A stretch of DNA of 64,000 nucleotides, from positions 14,525,920 through 14,589,919 of the forward strand of contig JARFYF010000050.1 of the NCBI GenBank assembly GCA_030265395.1, in the 5' to 3' direction. The position numbers were made by a program, and so were the translations under genes. The notes under the pieces were generated by a model, which searched no databases, had not been told where the DNA came from, and saw only the letters and a program-made list of their open reading frames with translations. Positions 63,350 to 64,000 of this stretch are shown here, piece after piece. The stretch comes from Rhina ancylostomus. Its lineage: Eukaryota. Within the stretch, counting starts at the first letter, position 1, and each line of letters begins with the position of its first letter.

Positions 63350-63930
63350 GTTATGTTTAATAGGAAGAATAACAGGTAAGATAACAACTTGTAAGTTTGG
63401 GGGCCATTATCTATACATTTAGTAGTTGCACTGCTTTTGGCAACCAGCGTGGAGTGGAATTGGAAAAGATCAGGGTATACCCCAAAACTGAAAGGTGATA
63501 CTGAAGAATGTGCAACAGGTATACTATAGTGCTGATCCAACAGGCTACCACTGGCATGTTTAAGATCCTACAGAGTAAACTTGAACTTTCCATAGGAAGA
63601 GAAATGCTACATGAAGAAACCAAATTCAGGAGAGGTAGAGGAACTTAAGATCAAATAGCCAATAATAAGGTGAATAGTGGAAAGAACAATAGAATACTGA
63701 AAGAAGTCTTGTTATGTTTCACTGACAACCGTAATGCATCCGATTGTGTGGAGCAGGCAGACTTCAGAGCTTAGTGAGTAGAAATGACTGCATAGACCAC
63801 CTAATTCTTTTAAGGAAACTCTACACTAAGCATGAGGCTATAATGGAACAAAATTAGGGAAGATGCACTTTGGATTAGGGATGTTCCTTATCATACCATA
63901 CTTGTTTGTACAGCGAGTATATCATGAGTA
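63350..63930 (+). mobile_element. Decayed RTE/BovB-like LINE RT fragment
   Basis: WKRSGYTP.LKGDTEECA; YTIVLIQQATTGMFKILQSKLELSIGREMLHEETKFRRGRGT*DQIAN, compared with recalled BovB WKRSVFIPIPKKG.AKEC.NYRTIALISHASKVMLKILQARL...GFRKGRGTRDQIAN. Confidence 0.8.
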
Positions 63931-64000
63931 CAAATCAAATACTGCAGATGCTGGACATTTGAAATAAAAAAGAAAGGGCAGTCTATGGAGGGATGAATGA

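Noticed and set aside
57500-64000. Terminal exons of a convergent neighbour such as ARSG, which is adjacent in human
   Set aside because: No matching coding sequence seen on the minus strand; only transposon relics were recognisable.

Overview
Vertebrate (non-bacterial) genomic DNA, moderately AT-rich, repeat-dense, with many N gaps. The repeat content (CR1, Rex1/Babar, L2, RTE, Penelope-like elements, V-SINE/HE1-like and DeuSINE/SacSINE1-like SINEs) suggests a cartilaginous fish (inference). One host gene is present on the + strand: WIPI1 (Atg18/PROPPIN family). Eleven coding exons, equivalent to human exons 3-13 as I recall them, join in frame through AG/GT sites from 17804 to a stop at 56958, and the FRRG lipid-binding motif is intact. 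Exons 1-2 were not found. The rest is intronic or 3' flanking sequence filled with transposon relics. Best observations: a decayed two-gene PIF/Harbinger element with nested CR1 insertions; two alternative WIPI1 C-termini; minimal hammerhead-ribozyme motifs in Penelope-type repeats; a Gypsy gag-protease fragment inside a ~295 bp direct duplication; a ~160 bp-arm inverted repeat in intron 10; a solo LTR with an intact target-site duplication; and a BovB-like RTE relic. I found no convincing wholly new biological system. All family calls rest on manual translation and recalled consensus motifs, not on database searches.
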